Positions 61,901-64,000 of a DNA stretch of 64,000 nt are shown here, one piece after another. Every line of letters begins with the position of its first letter. Positions within the stretch are counted from its first letter, which is position 1. Source of the DNA: Dimorphilus gyrociliatus (lineage: Eukaryota > Animalia > Annelida); assembly GCA_904063045.1 (NCBI GenBank), contig CAJFCJ010000006.1, positions 1,850,946 through 1,914,945 of the forward strand, given 5' to 3'. Below the pieces are notes generated by a model. It ran no database searches, was not told the origin of the DNA, and was given only the letters and a program-made list of their open reading frames with translations. The position numbers and the translations under genes are program-made.

Positions 61901-64000
61901 ACGACTGATGATAATTTTATCTTTTCATTGTATATTTAAGTAACTTTGTCCCTTTTTATTCTTCTCTTTTTTTTTCTTTTGCTCTTATTCATAAATTATT
62001 TTATTCATAAATCTGTTAAAAGATTGATTATATTCTAAAAACAAACTCTAAACCTACCAGTATATCATAGTGTAAGAATATATAGATTGTTACTACGACT
62101 ACATGTGTATGAGGTTGGGCAATCCGTACTGACAGGTAGATGAGTGAATCTCTTTTGTAATGTTTACATAAACCCCAGAATGTCTATATTCATTCTATCA
62201 TTACTGTACCTTACGGATTCCCATAGTTATGTAAATAACTCATTAATTAATAGAAAATAGAAATGCTCTTTATGGTCCTATATTTTAGATTTTTCTTATT
62301 ACAATTATTCATTCAACGAACAGATGAGATGAGAGCGGCGGGAAATTATTGTTCCTGTGAAAAACCATGTACTTCGCCAGAACACGTTCCAACAACTTCT
62401 TTTTCCGTTCTTCTAAACAAGGCTGTCGATTTAGAAACGAATAATGAACCTAGAAGTATTAACCTTCACAAAAAACTATCAAAAGCAAGAGAGATATCAT
62501 ATAGGTCTTTCAATAAATTAAATATCTTTATTAGACCTTTCTACCTAACCCTTGTTCCCTTCTCGTAACATAGCAAGATGTATATACCCTTTTCCATGTC
62601 TGTTTACATTTGTACTTAAACAGTATTACGGACAATTGTAGCTAACTATCTATCATTTGAGAACAGATTATTCGACGATAAATACGAAAGAACCCTAAAA
62701 AAGTTCCATCGCCTGAAAAATTCGATTTCATCGACATTTAGATTCTTAACTGTGACCTATACAACCCTAGAACAAGTAAATTCTGACCTATCAACTACAC
62801 TTGAGGCTATTAAAAAAGATGGCATGTGGTTGAGAGATTTAATCATTGCTGGCGAGAATGTTTTAGAGGAGGGCGCCTTAAAGATTATCGACGATTTAGA
62901 AGATATTATCTCTTCCGCCTTAAATGAGCCATTTATAGAATTTAGAAAATTAATGAAAGAAACATTAGATCATTATAGTATTATTTACAATCGGTTCTGG
63001 GATCTTACTTGTTTCATAAACGGTACTTGTAAATCAATTGATTGGAGAGGAAATGTTACTTGTCCCACATTAGATTTTGGAAATGTCAGCTGCAATTGTC
63101 AAAATGATTACTATTGCTCCAGGAGAGAGAATGCCGCTTGGGTTAGAATTTCGTCCTTAATAGACTCGTCTAATAAATTATTTTATGAAAGAATCTTGGA
63201 ATTTAATGACAAATTCCAAAAATTACCGAATATTGATCGTCTATCCTGCATACAAATTAACTTGAACCTGTTAAAAGATACACTGGGTAGCGGTAGCGTA
63301 AACAATTGCAATAAGAATATAATGAAGAATTTAAAAGCCTATGTTAAAACTAAATTTAATTTAATTAGACCAAGGTTTAATAGTATCGAACATACTTTAA
63401 GGCATATGTTGATTCGATATGTTAAAGATATGAGAGTTTTGGATGACATCGTTCAAGATAAAAGACAATATTTTTCATTGGAAAAGTCAATTTCTAATAA
63501 TTTAAAATCAATTTTTGATCATTTAAACGATATTAGACAAGAAATATTAAGTAAAAGTTCTTTTATAAAAGCGGTCAGATATCATCTCTGGTTTACTCAA
63601 CTCAATGTCAATTTGAATCCACTTTATAAATCAATCAAAGAGCTTTTTGACAACACCCTAATAAGAATAGACAGCTGTAAGGTTGAAAAATTCAACCTAT
63701 TGAATCTAATTAGGAACGTTGAGAGGAATTACGTGAACGGAAGTACAAAATTAAAAGAGGTAAAGAATTTATTGCATTTTCAAAGACATCTTCAGCTGTT
63801 GACAATTTTTCAACAAATATTCGATTCTTTAATAATTAATACAAATCAAAGGATAAAAAACTTGGAAACCATGATTAATGAATTCTATTTTACATTTATG
63901 ACCGTTATTCCTATTGAAGATTTAAAGATTGCATCTGAATATTTTAAGCAAAAAAACCTTTTGCTACCGAAATATATTATAAAAGAATCCCCTCAGATGG
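58985..64000 (+). CDS. DEG/ENaC (ASIC-like) amiloride-sensitive channel subunit with an LDLa insert and a very large knuckle insert; truncated at the right edge
   Basis: Spliced exons give the HG motif (STTLHGVRYI), TM1 (ILWALLVASAFGVFVYY), KFPAVTICNQN, CIWKGKDC..YTDMGVCFTFNS, GPGYGLTLALNIEQYEY, GVKLLVHD, thumb cysteines (PPWGNC...YSSAKCKLQCETDFLQDRCNC...C...C...CSCEKPC). TM2 and the GAS filter are not reached in the window. The first exon (58985-59011) is tentative. Confidence 0.93.
60340..60459 (+). other. LDL-receptor class A domain exon (120 nt, phase 1-1) inside the DEG/ENaC gene
   Basis: ARSQCRIDQWMCLGQDKCIDKNSICDAFPDCLNATDETNC has six Cys with LDLa spacing and the CD...DC....DE acidic motif. 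It is flanked by cag| and |gtaaaa. The ORF track misses it. Confidence 0.9.

Noticed and set aside
62624-62666. Alternative acceptor at 62623 for the long DEG/ENaC exon
   Set aside because: It needs a phase-1 donor, but the strong upstream donor (TAT AG|GT at 62504) is phase 2 and would hit a stop. The CAG at 62666 with a CTAAC branch point restores the frame.
1-64000. tRNA, rRNA, transposase, reverse transcriptase, LTR or TIR elements
   Set aside because: None was recognisable by eye. Short degenerate MITEs or small RNAs could still be missed without tRNAscan-SE, Infernal or RepeatModeler.

Overview
This is AT-rich animal genomic DNA with mostly very short GT-AG introns (about 45-85 nt). 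That fits a compact-genome lophotrochozoan, for example a Dimorphilus-type annelid, but this is a guess and cannot be proven from the window. I hand-spliced 16 protein-coding genes, in order: fibrocystin-L/PKHD1L1 (minus, runs off the left edge), two tandem claudin/PMP22-like genes, GPR157, a divergent calmodulin, three tandem GPI-anchored Ig-superfamily genes, an ectodomain-less secretin/Methuselah-type GPCR, a stand-alone POLR1D-isoform-2-like gene head-to-head with LRRC72, an intronless membrane-anchored FkbM methyltransferase next to an MGAT4C-like GlcNAc transferase, a small 2-TM protein, a TARP/stargazin-like gene, and a DEG/ENaC channel that runs off the right edge. Two items stand out. 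(1) The Ig cluster holds 15 copies of a V-type Ig domain paired with an unusual six-cysteine C2-like domain, with only phase-1 introns. (2) The DEG/ENaC channel carries an LDLa exon and a second extra module in its finger region, plus an insertion of at least 444 residues at the knuckle. I found no tRNA, rRNA, CRISPR array or recognisable transposon. All gene models and percent identities come from hand splicing and hand alignment; no database search was run.
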